From: Pseudomonadota bacterium
Lineage (GTDB): Bacteria; Bdellovibrionota; FAC87; UBA2466
DNA length: 26,680 nt
Direction of reading: 5' to 3'
NCBI GenBank assembly: GCA_043767805.1
Contig: JAYUGC010000133.1
Span: 1 to 26,680, forward strand
Shown in pieces: positions 26,366 through 26,680 of the stretch. Under the pieces are notes generated by a model. It was not told the origin of the DNA. It did not search any database and was given only the letters and a program-made list of their open reading frames with translations. Within the stretch, counting starts at the first letter, position 1. Each line of letters opens with the position of its first letter. The position numbers and the translations under genes are program-made.

Positions 26366-26680
26366 AGGGTGAGAGTGCGGCAAACTATATCAAGCCTTCC
26401 TTGAGGAAGGCAAAGGACGCCCATGGGGTACTATGACAGGCGTGACTCGCCTTCCCGAGTGTTGGCGATGGAGGAAGCCTTGGAGGGCAATATCGACGCT
26501 CGTTGCGCGGGGTCGGTTCCGCATTTCCTGCCGCCCCTTGATTTCGCGTTCTAAGCTAGTGGGGTGTTGGGAAACTTCTTTCAACACTCCGCTTTCCGGG
26601 CTCCAAGATAAGGAAGAGTGTCCTCCTTCTTTGGGGTCGACTCAGCATTTTTGCCTTCTTCATGAAATCGATATGACTTG

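Noticed and set aside
14285..26680. tRNA-anchored integrative island
   Set aside because: No integrase and no duplicated tRNA 3' end found by eye within the window; cannot be excluded beyond it.
1..26680. CRISPR array, transposase or prophage genes
   Set aside because: No regularly spaced direct repeats or relevant protein motifs seen.

Overview
Bacterial chromosomal window. The gene set (TIGR04552-type protein, GYF_2 membrane protein, PlsB, TrmFO, lone CpaF, several orphan secreted proteins) suggests Bdellovibrionota/Oligoflexia or a related former deltaproteobacterium; this placement is inference. The left part (1-14371) is core-like: tolQ-tolR-tolA-tolB, trmFO, a Gln-rich secreted protein, a Pro-rich cupredoxin-fold gene coupled to cpaF/tadA, plsB, a GYF_2 membrane protein, a TIGR04552 RelA/SpoT-like protein and tRNA-Ser(TGA). 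The right part (14735-26680) is accessory-looking: MMPL/RND transporter, DUF4189 protein, papain-like protease, the radical SAM (TIGR03916-type) plus DUF4130-UdgX pair, an orphan secreted protein, a GDPD-fold protein with altered active-site motifs, and a B12-binding radical SAM enzyme. The most interesting non-obvious signals are: (i) a ~320-nt structured minus-strand unit bounded by a sigma54-type promoter and a strong terminator (about 6333 to 6010), one of three sigma54-type motifs in the window; (ii) a three-hairpin ~125-nt candidate sRNA or attenuator upstream of plsB; (iii) a palindromic operator overlapping a predicted leaderless promoter for the radical SAM/UdgX operon, whose radical SAM ends in a clamp-binding-like QLSLF motif; (iv) three copies of the near-palindrome TTCCTCAAGGAA at gene boundaries. 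No CRISPR array, integrase or transposase was seen. All family calls come from motif recognition by eye, not from database searches.
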